From contig NC_043013.1 in assembly GCF_006345805.1 (NCBI RefSeq), positions 10,850,001 to 10,914,000 of the forward strand: a stretch of 64,000 nucleotides of DNA, written 5' to 3'. The DNA is from Octopus sinensis. Its lineage: Eukaryota. Position 1 is the stretch's first letter; every line of letters starts with the position of its first letter. A program made the position numbers and the translations under genes. The notes under the pieces are model-generated. The model made no database searches. It was not told the origin of the DNA and saw only the letters and a program-made list of their open reading frames with translations. This document shows, piece after piece, positions 38,845-53,675 of the stretch.

Positions 38845-39335
38845 ATTTCTTCTTCTTCTTCTTCTTCTTCTTCTTCTTCTTCTTCTTCTTCTTCTTCTTC
38901 TTCATCTTCTTCTTCTTCTTCTTCTTCTTCTTCTTCTTCTTCTTCTTCTTCTTCTTCTTCATCATCTTCTTCTTCATCATCTTCTTCTTCTTCTTCTTCA
39001 ACTTCTTCTTCTTCTTCTTCTTCTTCTTCATCTTCTTCTTCAACTTCTTCTTCAACTTCTTCTTCAACTTCTTCTTCATCTTCTTCTTCTTTCTTCTTCT
39101 TCTTCTTTCTTCTTCTTCTTCTTCTTCTTCTACTTCACCTTCTTCTTCTTCTTCTCCTTCTTTTTCTTTTTTTTCTTCTCCTCCTCCTTCACCTTCTTCT
39201 TCTTCTTCTTCTCCTCCTCCTCTTCTCCTTCTTCTTTTTCTTTTTTTTCTTCTCCTCCTCCTTCACCTTCTTCTTCTTCTTCTCCTCCTCCTCTTCTCCT
39301 TCTTCCTCTCCTTCTTCTCCTCCTCCTCCTCCCCT
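38845..39335. repeat. ~490-bp (TTC)n/(CCT)n polypyrimidine array
   Basis: Direct reading; explains the poly-F/L/K/E ORFs. Confidence 0.97.
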
Positions 39336-40987
39336 CCACCCCATCACGCGCACATGCACATACGCAGAAATATATACACACACACGCACACACGCAGAAA
39401 TATATATATACATAGACACATTACTGATAGAATTAAATAAACAACGATCCAAAGACATCTCACTTCCGTATACCACACGCGTAAACTTAAAGGCAAGTAA
39501 TTTTGTCCAATCAGTTTCGCTATTTAAGGAATTGCCTTTTCTTGAAACGCAACCAAAAAGATAAGGGATCTTATCATTCCGATTTTGTTTTTTAACCATA
39601 AATAAAGTCACTTACGCACTATCCAATCACCTATCATATCAATGGAACATACATCAATGATGTTATACCAAATACATCTTATACATGTTGTCAGGAATCA
39701 TAGCAAACACCCATTCCACCATCAGACTTGGAAGATTTTCTCTGTTTCTTCAAATATTGGAGACACAAAACGATGTAATTACTTTACAAGGAGCCCTCTA
39801 CGCATTTGGCTTGTCGAGGTACACCAGAGTTCGCATCCTAGTACTACTATTATTTTTGGGTAATTTTACTTTAGCCGCGACGCGAAGAGATTCATTCAGA
39901 TCCATTCCAGCCATGTCCATCCTCTCTCTTTCTTGTATTCATGATTAAATAGTAGAAAATATTATGATCCTTTTTTACCCTTTTTTCCACAGACATTGCA
40001 GAGTAACTAAAAAGAGACTGCTCTGCTGTTCCCAGCAAATCAAGAACTATACTGCGCTTTTGGCTGATGCTTCAGCCTCGTAGCAGATTATTATTTGGAT
40101 GTTTCGATGGTTGAGTGTTCATATATGTTCTGTTATCTTTTATGTTTTACTTCTTTCAGATATGGGTTTGCAGTCATATTGGGGCACCGCTTTCAAGGTC
40201 TTAATCGAACATATGGACCCTCAGTACTTATATTTTCAGGCCTATAACTTGATCTATCTGTCAAACTGCTAAATTACTGAGGTCGTAAAGAAATCAATAC
40301 GCGTACATATATTATACACACACACAGACACGCACACGCACACAGCAAAATGAACTACTTTCCGTCGATTTGAAATTACTTATGTACATCCTTAATCGAT
40401 TTTGTAACTTTACTGTGTTCTCATCAAAGGTGTATCCATCACATGACTAGTCCGAGAGAAATAAGCAGTCAGTCTCTTTATATACTGCAGAAATCCACGA
40501 AGTGGCGGTGATGGGAACAAACCAAAACCGGCTGAAAGCAATAATTGCGGTACAAAACCAAACGCAAATATACAAATACGCACACATACTCTCATAGATA
40601 CGCTTAAAACTCAGAATAGCAAGGAATTTGAAGCAATCTGCTTTGATCCATCAATCCATCAATCCATCCATACATACATTATATGTGTGTACATATATAA
40701 TACATATATATATATATATATATGAAAGAATGGAGTTGAACGACTAGTTATACAAATATCCTTATTCTGACATATATAGGCTATATATATAGGAATAAGG
40801 AGTAATTTGCAGATTTTCTTCAGGAAAATCAATTTTCTACCCAGGTATCGGTTATCTTTCGGAATATCCTTATAGATAATTCATTCAATTACTCAATATA
40901 ATTATATATATATATTATGCTATATATATATATATAAACAATAGCATATACAAAAGACTGAGACCTCGATATTATGTAAATAGAGGA

Positions 40988-41079
<92 letters not shown>

Positions 41080-41376
41080 TATAATATAATATATATATAT
41101 ATATATAACATAGGACAATCAGTAAGTTGCTATAATAGAACTCAGCGTTTCAAATGCCGAAGGCAAGATCTTCGGGGCATTTTCATCGGCTATTTAGATG
41201 ATGACGCTATGAAAAAGTAAACATTGAATACAAGGGAAGTTAATCCAACATACATGAAGAAAATATAAAAAGTATAAAATACAAAAAAATAACAATAATA
41301 AAAAAATACACGCAACCACATCCTTACAATGGACAGAAACCATTTGCGTTCGTATATTCTACATACTCACACAAAC

Positions 41377-41429
<53 letters not shown>

Positions 41430-41472
41430 CACACATATATAGGCCATACACACATTTACATGCACTTATACA

Positions 41473-41510
<38 letters not shown>

Positions 41511-42805
41511 CACACACACGCATATATATATATATATATAACTTTTTGCTCATTTATTCATGCACAACGATCTGTCACATAAACTTCTTTTCTACCAAAT
41601 TCACTTACAAGTCCAGAGTTATAGAAGAAGACATGCCGTGCAGTGGTACGAACCCGAAAGTACCTAGTTGCAAAGCCAATTTATAGCACGTAATTTACAA
41701 GTAGTTGAAACGAGACGTTGTTTCAGAGTTGTATCTGTACTATAACCGACTTAGAAAACGTTATCATATCACGAACAGTAACAGAAGGATGCCACACGCA
41801 TAGAAAAATCTAAGAGTAAACACACTTCTTATAAACTCCGTAAGGAAAGACCTACAAAATCGGCTTTTTTCCCCCGTTTAGATAAATTTCTAAAAGTCAA
41901 AATAAAATATATATATAAAAAAAAAATCGCAGGGAAAATAAAAACAAAGACGTTACTATGCATCTAGTAGCCATTTTGAATATGTCTGATTACTCTAAGA
42001 TGCATGTTCGTTTTTATAATGGGAAAAAGTGAAATTGCTATAATGTCGAGTAATATACTTTATTTCTATGACAGTTCATTAATAAGTGTAAGCGGGGAAG
42101 GGATAGGTATATAGAGTTATCTTTCTTTCCTTTACTACACACTTCCTCCAGCCTGTATCTCTCCACCTTCCACGTTCCACCTCCATCCCCGAATCACTGT
42201 CTGTTCATAAATTTCTTCTGAAGCAAAATGGCGTCAGAAGATACAGCATTGCAGCCAATGACCTGCATCTGCGAGAAAAACGGATGATAGTTTTAGATAG
42301 GAAAAAGAGGAAGTATGAAGGGACAGGGAGGTAGGGAGGAGAAAAGGAAAGATAGAGAGGGTTGTAAGAGAGAAACAAAGTAAGGAAGTAAGAAATGAAA
42401 AAAGATATACTATGGTGTGATAGAATGGACAAAGAGTGTTCGAGATTGGAAGGAATGAAGAAAGAATGAGTTAGCGAGTGTTTAAGATAGGCAGGAAGCG
42501 GTGAAGGTGGGTGTGAGGCTAACGGTAAAAACGTAAAATTGAAATAATAAATAAGTAAATAAATAAATTAACTAAGACACAAACAAGCAAAATAATAAAA
42601 GTTGGAAAGATTGTTCGAAGTAGGAAATAATAAAAAATAAAAATATGTGGAAATTGTAAGAAAAAGTAAAAAGAAATGATTAGAAATAAACTTAAATTAC
42701 AGGCACACGCACAGACGCCTGCAAACGCAAATACATACATACATACATACATACATACATACATACATACATACATACATACATACATACACATGCACAC
42801 AAACA

Positions 42806-42849
<44 letters not shown>

Positions 42850-43005
42850 CAAATAAATATGACAGGGAAAAGATACAGTCCACAAGGTGAGAGGAACAGA
42901 GATGCGTTCGTTGAGATAAAAGATGAGGAAGAGAAATCTCAATTTGATGAAGCGAAACTGACTAGTTACCGAAGGTCTCTCCCTTACTGTACGTGGTGTA
43001 ATTAC

Positions 43006-43047
<42 letters not shown>

Positions 43048-43557
43048 TGTGTGCGTGTGTGCGGTTGTTACTTCTGGTGATAATTTCGAGAAGAAAAAGA
43101 AACTGTCAGAATTCATTGAAAATGTAATAAATATTACATTTAGTGATAGATGTGCAGAACAATACACAACAGTCGTTGAGAATTCAAATGGAAAGCTAAA
43201 GCCTACGTCTTTGAGAAAAGACTATGGGGAAGATTGAGAAGTCTATATATATATGTGGGTGAATGTGTGTGTGCGTGTGTACCCATGTGTGTGCGTTTGT
43301 GTGTGGTGCATGCGTATGTGTGTGTGCTTGAGTATATGTGCGTGTGTGCTTGAGTGCATGTGCGTGTGTGCTTGCGTGTGTACCGGTGTGCTTGTGTGTG
43401 CGTATGTGTGTGTAAGTGTGTGTGTGTGTGTGTGTGTGGGTGTAATAAAAATCAACACGTGACATAGATCTCTTCCTAAACTCATTAAGTCCGTGTAAAC
43501 TTAGGAAGAGTCAAAGACATTCCTAAACGTGAATTTGTTTTGAGTAAAGTGTTGTGC

Positions 43558-43599
<42 letters not shown>

Positions 43600-43611
43600 A
43601 CTACTACTACT

Positions 43612-43871
43612 CTACTCATCATCGTTCCACCGTGGTCGAGACAATGGAATTTACCATGCTACGCCAGACTTCACGGTCCATCATGGCGTTACGGAGGTCT
43701 TGTTGCTGGATGCCTGTATCCCTGGAGATTACATCAGGGTAGGAGAGTGTGCGCCCTCTGGTATCGCGAGTAGATAGCTTCCAGAAATTACTTCTTTTTC
43801 AGTTCTACAACAATGTCCAGCAAACTGGACTCTCCTACCTTTCACAAGAGATGACACAGGTGGTAGTTTCC

Positions 43872-43874
<3 letters not shown>
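43612..43874 (-). mobile_element. RTE-clade LINE 3' end
   Basis: LPPVSSLVKGRRVQFAGHCCR...RGRTLSYPDVISRDTG..QDLRNAMMDREVWRSMVNSIVSTTVER*; flanked on both sides by (CTA)n. Confidence 0.88.
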
Positions 43875-43951
<77 letters not shown>

Positions 43952-43964
43952 TCTTTGTGTTATA

Positions 43965-44390
43965 TGCACAAGGCCAGAAATCCGGCGGGGTAGGGACTAG
44001 TCGATCACATCGTCCCAGTGTTTACCTGGTACTCATCGACCACGGAAGAATGAAAGGCAAAGTGAACCTCGGTGGAATTTGTACTCAGAGCATAGTGACG
44101 AAATACGAAATACGGCGAAGCATTTCACTCGACGTGCTAGCGATTCTGTCAGCTCACCGCCTTCCAGATAATAATCATTTCTACTGGAGGCGCAAGGCTT
44201 CAAATTTGTGGGGAGGTGACAAGTTATTTACATCGACTCCAGTGTTTCACTGGTACTTAATTTATCGACCCCCGAAAGTATTAATGGCAAAACGACCCCG
44301 GCGGAATTTGAAATCAGAAAGTAAAGATGACGAAATGCCATTTAGTGTTTCGTCCGGAGTTCTAACGATTCTACCAGTCAGCTGCCTTTA
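43965..44390 (-). mobile_element. two tandem SINE family B copies
   Basis: Core and head motifs occur twice. Confidence 0.8.
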
Positions 44391-44436
44391 CAATAATGAT
44401 AATAATAGTAATAATAATAATAATAATAATGATGAC

Positions 44437-44475
<39 letters not shown>

Positions 44476-44665
44476 ATTAATAATAATAATAATAATCTTT
44501 TCTGATTTAGGGACAAGGCAATTAGTTTAGAAGAGGGGAGAATAGTCGATTATAACAATCGCAATACTTAACTGGTACTTCATTTCAGATTAGTCCGTCA
44601 GGTAAGTAGAATGGAAACACTTAACACTGAAAAGACAGACCACAAAAGTGCCCAAGAGGGATTAT

Positions 44666-44810
44666 GGTACACATACCATCTGGAAATTATTTGACTATAT
44701 CCCTAAATTTGTCCGGATATCCTTATCTTTTGACCAGTGTCCATAAGGCCACACATATCGGAAATTGATGATTATGCTCTTGTTCAGATCTAGTAAAACG
44801 TAGAGTCCAA
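44666..44810 (-). mobile_element. very old RTE-type reverse transcriptase fragment
   Basis: GLYVLLDLNKS (~LYxAFIDLxKAFD) then, frameshifted, ALWTLVKR*GYPDKFRDIVK*FPDGM (~ALWxILxKFGCPxKFxxIxRQFHDGM). Confidence 0.65.
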
Positions 44811-46089
44811 AGTGTTTCTTTCAAGACCCCACCATCTCGAGTGTAGACGCAGAGTTTCGTAGCCTTAAGTTATCCTATGTGTTTTATCGGGGTCTTTTAT
44901 TTAAAACAAAAAAAAAAAGAGAATCAACTTTTAACTGGAGGCTGGGTTGGCAGCAAGTTCTAGATAGACATGTTCTCAAAGGTGGATATATACAGAGCAG
45001 AAACACCAGCGTTGGTAAGCCAGCATGACACAGTAAATTCTACATTCTCTGTATTGTTTTAGGTACCTGTGTAGCCGTAAGGACATCTCAAGCTTTCCAC
45101 ACCTGATTTAATGTAATTTGGAGGATTTTATATCTGATCAGAAGCAGAGCTTCTCCAGGAATCTACATCTTAGTAGACTGGAGCAACGAGAAATGTTACG
45201 ATTTGCTTAAGGTAGGCTTATATATAACTATATGACGTGCCAGAAATAGCAGCTATATCTCCCTGGAGTACAGCCATTCTTTCCTGAAAAAGAACGAGAC
45301 ATTGAATAATGTAGTCTGACAATAGTAAGTGCATGAAAACGGCGGGCGTTTTACAGTCTGAATGTCTCTCTTCATACGTATGCTCGATTAGGCTTGAGCT
45401 ACGTTTACAAAAAAAAAAAGTGTAATAGCTTGAAATATCATTGGCTGTTAATAAGGCCCTGATATGGCAAAATTTTTACCGCGCCGGGATAAATGGTTCG
45501 CCGCATTTCTTTGGACTGCACATTCTAAGTTCTATTACCATCAGGGTCGACTTTGCCTTTCATCTTTTCGGGGCCGAGAGCAAAAATACCACCTGAACAC
45601 TGGGATCAATGTAATCGATTGATACCTTCCTCCGAATTCGCTGGCCTTGTGCCAAAATCTGAAGCCAATATTGTTAGAAATATATTGAAAAAATATTCCA
45701 GACAATTTCTGAATTCAGCACTAATAATGAAACTCATCAACGTTCCAGATTTATTTCTCATATAAATAAATGTTATGAGATCTGTTAGTTATGATTAAAT
45801 TCTCTTAATGTAGTAAACCTAATAAATATATATGGGAATTCAAGCTCATTGTTATTCACAATCGAAATTCAATATAGTCGATCACTTTCAAATATAGAAA
45901 TCTTCTGAAAAATATTAATATAAACATATTTAAAATTGAATTAATATAAATTTAGATAACTGCATATGGTCCTCAATAAAATAATGTGAGCGACGATTTC
46001 AATATACGGTAAAAGAGCTAGTTATATGTTATTCATGGAACATTTTTTCGACAACGAACGATATATATATACATATATATACTCTTACA

Positions 46090-46493
46090 CTTTTACTCTT
46101 TTACTTGTTTCAGTCATTTGACTGCGACCATGCTGGAGCACCGCCTTTAGTCGAGCAAATCGTCCCCGGGACTTATTCTTTGTAAGCCCAGTACTTATTC
46201 TATCGGTCTCTTTTGCCGAACCGCTAGGTGACGGGGACGTAAACACACCAGCATCGGTTGTCAAGCAATACTAGGGGGACAAACACAGACGCACAAACAC
46301 ACACACACACATATATATATATTTATACATATTTACGACAGGCTTCTTTCAGTTTCCGTCTACCAAATAGACTCACAAGGCATTGGTCGGCCCGGGGCTA
46401 TAGCAGAAGACACTTGCCCAAGATGTCACGCAGTGGGACTGAACCCGGAACCATGTGGTTGGTTAGCAAGCTACTTACCACACAGCCACTCCT
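46090..46493 (-). mobile_element. SINE family A, full length (a diverged 5' half follows at ~46705-46895)
   Basis: Collinear with other copies. Confidence 0.92.
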
Positions 46494-47129
46494 GCGCCCC
46501 ACACAGTCACCCCTGTATATATATACATACAATGAATGTAGGTTTAAGGAATCAGCGATATCAACTATGAAAACAGTTTCGAAAGTTGTTACATCTCGTA
46601 AAAAAAAAACAACGAAACATGATAACAATATTGGTTTCAAATTTTTGCACAAGGCCAGCAAATTCGATGGAGAGGCTAAGACTGTTACATCGACCCTAGT
46701 TTTCGAGTGTGACAAACACACACGCATATACATATAAATATATATATGACAAGCTTCTTTCAGTCACCGTCTAACAAATCCACTCAAGGCTTTGGCCAGC
46801 CAGAGGCTATATTAGCAGGTATTTGCCCAATGTGCCACGCAATGGGACTGAACCCGGGACCATGTGTTGGGAAGGGAGGTTCCTACCATACAACTACACG
46901 TCTGCATCTGAAAATATTCCAGTAAAAACTCCTCAGAGCCGATAATGGTGTATATACACCTTTAACCATAAGTATGAATTTTTTTCTCCCTGTAAACTGC
47001 AGTGAAAATGCCTTTACAAGTTAGAAGAAATTAAACAAATTTGGTCTGTAGTTTGTTCACACATGTGTGAGTTTGTAAGTGCGTGTATATGCATGTGTGC
47101 GCGCACATGTTCTAATGTACAGGTGTGTA

Positions 47130-47650
47130 AGTCATTATTCAGTTTTATTTCAAGATTTTTTGCCAACAGGGAAACAGTCGGTTTCTAACCTAGATCCAAG
47201 GCTCCTTCATTGGAATTTCAACATCAACAACTGGGTATTTTTGTATGTATGTATGTATGTATGTATGTATGTATGTATGTATGTATGTATGTATGTATGT
47301 ATGCATGTATGTATGTATTATATACATGTGCAGATTTGCATCTTTTGCTTCATGTATATATTCTCATGCATATAGTTGCATATCTAGACGTGCTCATATA
47401 TAATTAAATAATAAACTTCTGGAAAGTTTTATAAATTTTTACAGTTCCAGTGATAGATTGGATCTGTAGCCTTCGAATTAACTTCCTCTCTCCTGGCTTT
47501 GAGTAACGTAATTTCTCAAGATTGGTATTTACTTATCCCAGGAACCCAATAATTACAGGTATAAACCTGAACTTGTAATCTGGATTGAGTAACTACATAT
47601 TACTCATTAGTTCAGCGTAGGTATTCTCTTTTTCACTGATCTTCAGTTTT
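47130..47650 (-). mobile_element. RLE (R4-like) LINE 3' end with (CATA)n-containing 3' UTR
   Basis: KLKISEKENTYAELMSNM*LLNPDYKFRFIPVIIGFLG...LIRRLQIQSITGTVKIYKTFQKF*; homologous to the 56150-56290 peptide. Confidence 0.8.
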
Positions 47651-48283
47651 ATGTATGTATGTATGTATGTATGTATGTATGTATGTATGTATGTATGTAT
47701 GTATGTATGTATGTATGTATGCATGCATGTATGTATGATTATACATATGTTTTCTGTGTTTATTCGTATGTGTGTATTAAAGATGGACGAGCTAGCATGT
47801 CTAGAAATAACATACCCCAATGAGTTTCTGTTGTCGTCTGACCCTACGTAAGCTTTGACTAAAGGATATTTATATTCTTAAACCCATTCCATCTATGACC
47901 ATCCTGTCTTTTTCCATTATATATAAGTACATTACCCTATATACTCTTTCAATTCTAAGATGCTGTGAGCTGTGGGACTCTTACATGTTACACCAAGAGC
48001 ATTTTTATGCGACTCCTACATGTGTGCGTGTGTGTCTGTGTGTGTGTGTTTGTATGTGTGTGTTTGTGAGTGTGTGTAAATTGGGGTGGTGGTGTGAGGT
48101 ACCAATAACACCGGCTTCATAAAACTGACAACAGATATTGTGTTTGAAAGATTGGTACATTAACATGCGAGAGTGGCGTGGTGGTGGTGGTGGAGGGTTA
48201 CACTGTAACAGAATGTCGATGACGCTGTCGATGTCAGCGATAGCCATCATACTATTGATGATCGTCGTTTTTGTCGTCATCAG

Positions 48284-48315
<32 letters not shown>

Positions 48316-48438
48316 CCTTTGTCATCCACATCGTCATTGTCAACGTTATCACCACAATCACCACCATTACCGCGGCCCCCATACCACCACCACCACTACT
48401 ACCACCACCAACGCCGCTGCCAACGCTACCACCGCTTT

Positions 48439-48474
<36 letters not shown>

Positions 48475-48795
48475 TATTCTTATTTTTATCATTAAGATGA
48501 TGTTGATGTTATTGAAAAAGTTGTAGAAAGATGACGAATTATGAACAACAACGCAGCAACGATGCACATCACTGGATTTATCTTTATCAAAGTTGTCGAT
48601 GATGATGATGAGGATGAGGATAATGACGATGATGATGACGATGAGGATAATGATGAACATGGTGACCACGACGACGACGTCAATGTTGATGAAGTTGCTG
48701 CTGACGATGGTGGAGGTAGTGTGAAGCAGAACAGGGAATTAGAAAGACGATGACAGTGGGATAACGAAATAAGAAAGAAATTTAATTAACAGCAA

Positions 48796-48838
<43 letters not shown>

Positions 48839-48869
48839 GTAGTAGTATCAAATAAATACGGAAATAAAT

Positions 48870-49601
48870 TTAGCAGTGAAATGAGAAGAATAGAAAATTT
48901 TAAACAGGGTCGGTACAAGGTATCTTATCGAGCTTCTACATGGTCACAGAATCAGCTAGAAACTATAGCAACAAAGCCTTCCTTAAATTATAACCTGCGA
49001 GCTTTAAAGAAACAGACAGCTAGCGCTGGTTTGTTTACATCCCCGAAAGTTTAGCGGCTCGGCTAAGATAGGTTGATAGAATAAATACCAGGCTTAGAGA
49101 AAGTATTAGTGCTGGGGCCGAATTTTTCAACTAAGCCCTGAAACATGTAAAATATTGTATGTTAATATGTGGTCGCGGATACCGTAAATAGTTGGAGGGA
49201 TTTTTTAAAAAATATGAATTCTCGATCAGAGACTTAGCAGTAAAATGAGAATAATTGAAAATTTTAAACAGGATCGGTACAAGATATCTTATCGAGCTTC
49301 TACATGGTCACAGAATCAGCTAGAAACTATAGCAACAAGGCCTTCTTTAAATTATAACCTGCGAGCTTTAAAGAAAGAGACAGCTGGCGTTGGTTTGTTT
49401 ACAACCCCGAATGTTTAGCGGCTCTGCTAAAATAGGTTGACATAATAAATACCAGGCTTAGAGAAAGTATTAGTGCTGGGGCCGATTTTTTTCAACTAAG
49501 CCCCTGAAACATATAAAATATTGTATGCTAATATGTGGTCGCGGATACCGTAAATACTTTGGAGGGCTTTTTTTTTAATATGAACTCTCGATCAGAGACT
49601 T
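48870..49601 (+). repeat. tandem duplication of ~365 bp (48870-49233, 49234-49601)
   Basis: Two collinear copies roughly 90% identical by eye, each containing a decayed SINE A middle section. Confidence 0.92.
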
Positions 49602-49884
49602 GTAATGGCTATACGATAACAATAACAACATTAACTGCAATAACAACTTTAACAACTGCGATAATATCGAAAAAGACGACTATAACCACCGCGGCTATGG
49701 TAACGCCAATGTTTCAACTGGATGACGATGGAAAATGCTGAGATTATTACGACGACAACCTATAATATAAACGTCACTCATATTTCTGTGGATTTTAATA
49801 TAATCTGGATAGGATGGAAATAACCTATACTTTGGTTGACTGGTTGATAATTAAGTATTCCTCGACACTACTCCTTTACATACA

Positions 49885-50285
49885 TGCAGGCATAGCTGTG
49901 AGGCTAAATCGCTCGCTTTGCAACCACATGTTTGTTGGTTCAATCCCACGTCGTGGTACTTTGGATTTTGATTGCTAATAGTGCCATGGGCCGACCAATG
50001 GTTTGTCGGTGAAATTCATAAAAGAAAACTTTGTGGTAACTCGTCGTGTATGTAAGGGAGTGCATGTATGCATGTCTGTCTGTCTGTCTGCCTGCCTGTC
50101 TGTCTGTCTGTCTGTCTGACTGTCTGTATGTATGTATATATGTATGCATGTATCTTAGCTGTTCGGCAAAACAACCAACAGAATAAGTATTAGGCTTACA
50201 AAGAATAAGTCCTGGAAGACGATTTGTTCCACTAAATGCGGTGCTCTAGCATGGCCGCAGTAAAATGACTGAAGTAAAAGAAAAT
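49885..50285 (+). mobile_element. degenerate SINE family A
   Basis: Diverged head, GGGCCGACCAA motif, 3' half ending GACTGAAGTAAAAG. Confidence 0.65.
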
Positions 50286-50636
50286 GCAAAGACAAAGAGA
50301 GAGAGAGAGACATAATATGCATACACACACACACACACACATATTCGCATGAGTGTGTGTGTGTGTGTGTGTGTTTGGAGGGGTGTATGTGTTTATATGT
50401 CGATCATAGTAATAAGCGCAGGTGCTTTCAGATTTGAATAGGACAGTGGTTTATACCATAGAAATATCAATGAACTTAATATTTTATAAATCTTATCAGG
50501 ATTTCCAGAACTCCCGTCTCAGTTGTACCCCTAGTTACGCATGTAGTGCACTAAACTAATAAAATAACAATGCTAGCCACTCAATATATGCAACATATAT
50601 TGAGAAATTGACACCTCAATACATGTTACATATCAA

Positions 50637-51720
50637 GCGGCGAGCTGGTAGAAGATTAGCTGGTAGAAGATTAGCACGACGGGCGAAATGCTTAGTGTTA
50701 TTTCGTCTGTCTTTACGTGCTGAGTGCAAATTCCCTCGAGGTTTACTTAGCATTTCACCTTTTCGGTGTCAATAAAGTAAATAGCAGTTCTTACTGGGGT
50801 AGATCTAATCGGCTGCCACCCACCACAAAATTTCGGGTCTTGTGCCTAGAGTAGAAAAGAATACATGTTATTCGTTAATTATATTTTATAAACGAATACC
50901 GTGTTTTGTGTTCCGTCCTTGTAGCCAATAAAGAAATGATAATTAGAATGGTTAGCACTGCTAAAGAGCATTTCGATCGTCTTAACGTTCTAAGTTCGAA
51001 TTCCGCCAAGGTTGACTTTACCGTTCTTACTTTTGAGTCGATGAAATAAATACCAGTGGAGCAGTGGTTCGACGTAATCGGCTAAAACCCTCCCCCAAAT
51101 TTGAGGCCTTGTGCCTATAGTATAAATGATGATGATTATTATTGAAGGTGGCGAGCTGGCAGAATCTTTAGCACGCCGGGTGAAATGCTTAGCGGTATTT
51201 CGTCCGTCTTCAGGTTCTGAATTCAAATTTTGCCGGGTTCAACTTTAACTTTCATTCTTTAGCAGGAGTTGATAAAATAAATACCAGTTATTCACTGAGG
51301 TTGATGTAATCGATTTACCCACTCTGCGTCCCGAATTTTTTGGCCTTGTGTCAAAATTTAAAACTATTTCAGTTCAAATTCCGCCGAGATCGACTGCTTT
51401 TCATCCTTCCAGGATCGATAAGATGTATACCAGTGAATAAGCACCAGTGGAGCTCTGGGCTCGATATGACCAACAATCTTCCTCCCCCATATTCATGGTC
51501 GTGTTCCTATACTAGAAAGGATTATTGTTATCATTATCATAGAAGGCGGCCAGACAGTGAGCTGGCAGAATCGTCAGCACGTTCTGGGTTCAAATTCCGC
51601 AGAGGTCGACTTTGCCTTTCATCCTTTCGTGGCCGGTGAAATAAGTACAAGTGCTGGGATCGATACAATCGACTAGACACCTCCCTCAAAATGTAAAGGC
51701 CTTCTGCCTTCGGTAGAAAC
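50637..51720. mobile_element. cluster of five SINE family B copies (+,-,+,+,+)
   Basis: Head/core motifs at ~50637, 50950-51125 (minus), 51145, 51370, 51543. Confidence 0.82.
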
Positions 51721-51736
51721 TATTATTATTATTATT

Positions 51737-52289
51737 GAATGAGAGAGCAGTGCATGCCGTCAAAGTGACACCGGGGTAAAATATACGAAGCCCAGTATAC
51801 CCATCATGACTACCCGTTTGATAAGGGTACACCAGGCACATGCATCACATTATGAGAGCGACATGGTGATCTCATATCAAGATACACAGCACATGACCTT
51901 GCAGGTGGGGCCCAGTTAGAATTTTCTTCTGGTCGAGTAGCACATCCCGCTCAAAAGGTCCCTGAATAAGTATTGTTTAAGGATGTTGAACGAACCACTC
52001 ATGTTTCCAAAGGTGAATTATCCAAACCTCTAAGAATTCCTCTCAGCACATGGCTATGATGCTCCCCCACTACTTCTGCTCATGATCAGAGATGCACATA
52101 TCGTTAGCCACTAAAGGACATGGTCAACTGGTTAAGGTCAAACAACTGACAAGCAAATCTGTGGTATTGAGCAGAATATTTGCTATAGCCCATCTTTTAT
52201 ACCAAGACAAAACAATGTAAATGATAACACTTCCAATCAGTTAAGATCAGAAGCCATGAGAGCCACTGCCTGGTACTGCATCAGGGCAC

Positions 52290-52291
<2 letters not shown>
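51737..52291 (-). mobile_element. ~550-bp non-coding retroelement-like repeat with (TAA)n tail
   Basis: Flanked by (ATT)n on both sides; its 3' 220 bp recur inverted at 58204-58427. Confidence 0.7.
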
Positions 52292-52354
<63 letters not shown>

Positions 52355-52953
52355 GTTGTTGTTGTTGTTGCTGTTGTTGCTGTTGTTGTTGTTTTTATGA
52401 AGTTTGCATTACATGAGTCCTACCTTCTTCTAAGAATGTTACTGACGTACAACTGATTGGTGTTCGAGATACTTGATTACTATTTTCATTGCTACAATAT
52501 AATGAATAAATACATTAAGAAGCTAGAAGAGGAACTGAATGTTTATTCGTATTGCGGTATTTGTTTCATGGGAATCGACATTTGTGTTTTTCGCAAAGAG
52601 ACCAACATATCTGGCGAGTAAATTGATGCGAATATATAGCTGTAAGAATATATATATTCTGTCTTCAATTTAAATTAGTGTTAATTTCTTCTTATATATT
52701 CCAAGTAAAATATTCAGAAAAGAATATGATTTATGATTAATACTCATTGCGAAAAGGGTTTTACTATTGATTAAAGATTCATAAGAACAATGTATTTATG
52801 TGTGTATGTATACATATATATATAAGCATACTTGTGCACAAAGTGAGACACTATGTATGCATGAATGTATGTATCTATGCACCTAAATATGTGTTTGTTT
52901 TAATATATATGTATGTATACTTATCCATCTATTAATCGCTCTAATTCTTTCTC

Positions 52954-52987
<34 letters not shown>

Positions 52988-53378
52988 CATATATATATAT
53001 ACACGTACAGGCGCGAACACACACATATATGTACCTATTACATATATATTGGTTGATAGATACATGAAATATGTTAATTATATATATATATGTGTGTGTG
53101 TGAGTGTGTGTGTGCTTGTTTGTGTCTGTGTGTATGTGTGCATGTGTCATATTTTCAACAAGTTTATAAATTGCGAAGCAGCGGGCAAGGAAAATCCATC
53201 TCCTATTCCCAGCCCCTAAAGCGTTGAGTCTCGTCTTAATTGCACATTATAGATATATTAACAACTTAACGAGTGCTATATTAATTTTGTATTAATGTTT
53301 ATTTCAAAATTAATTGCAGAAGACTTAAATGCATGCTTGCAGTTTGTACCATACGTGTTATAGTTACACACGCACGCA

Positions 53379-53417
<39 letters not shown>

Positions 53418-53675
53418 ACAGACACACACACACACACACACACACGAATTGCGTATGTGTCTCAATGTATAAATATAACCAAATTTCTTTCACACAAAGT
53501 GCTTTATGGATAACTGCCTGGATGTTTTAATCCTTCCTGCTTCCTACAGGCTATCGAATCTACTTCAGTACTCCATAGCATAATATATATATATATATAT
53601 ATGTTAATAGTAATAGTATGACAACAAAAGAATGAATGAGACTTAGATATTGTGCAAATAGAGGAATTTATCTGA

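Noticed and set aside
39616-39680. Minus-strand exon ending at a GTAAGT donor (CIWYNIIDVCSIDMIGDWIV)
   Set aside because: No credible acceptor, upstream stops, no family match
45063-45211. Apparent exon with strong acceptor and donor
   Set aside because: Stops in all three frames; the 3' part is the reverse complement of the SINE C core
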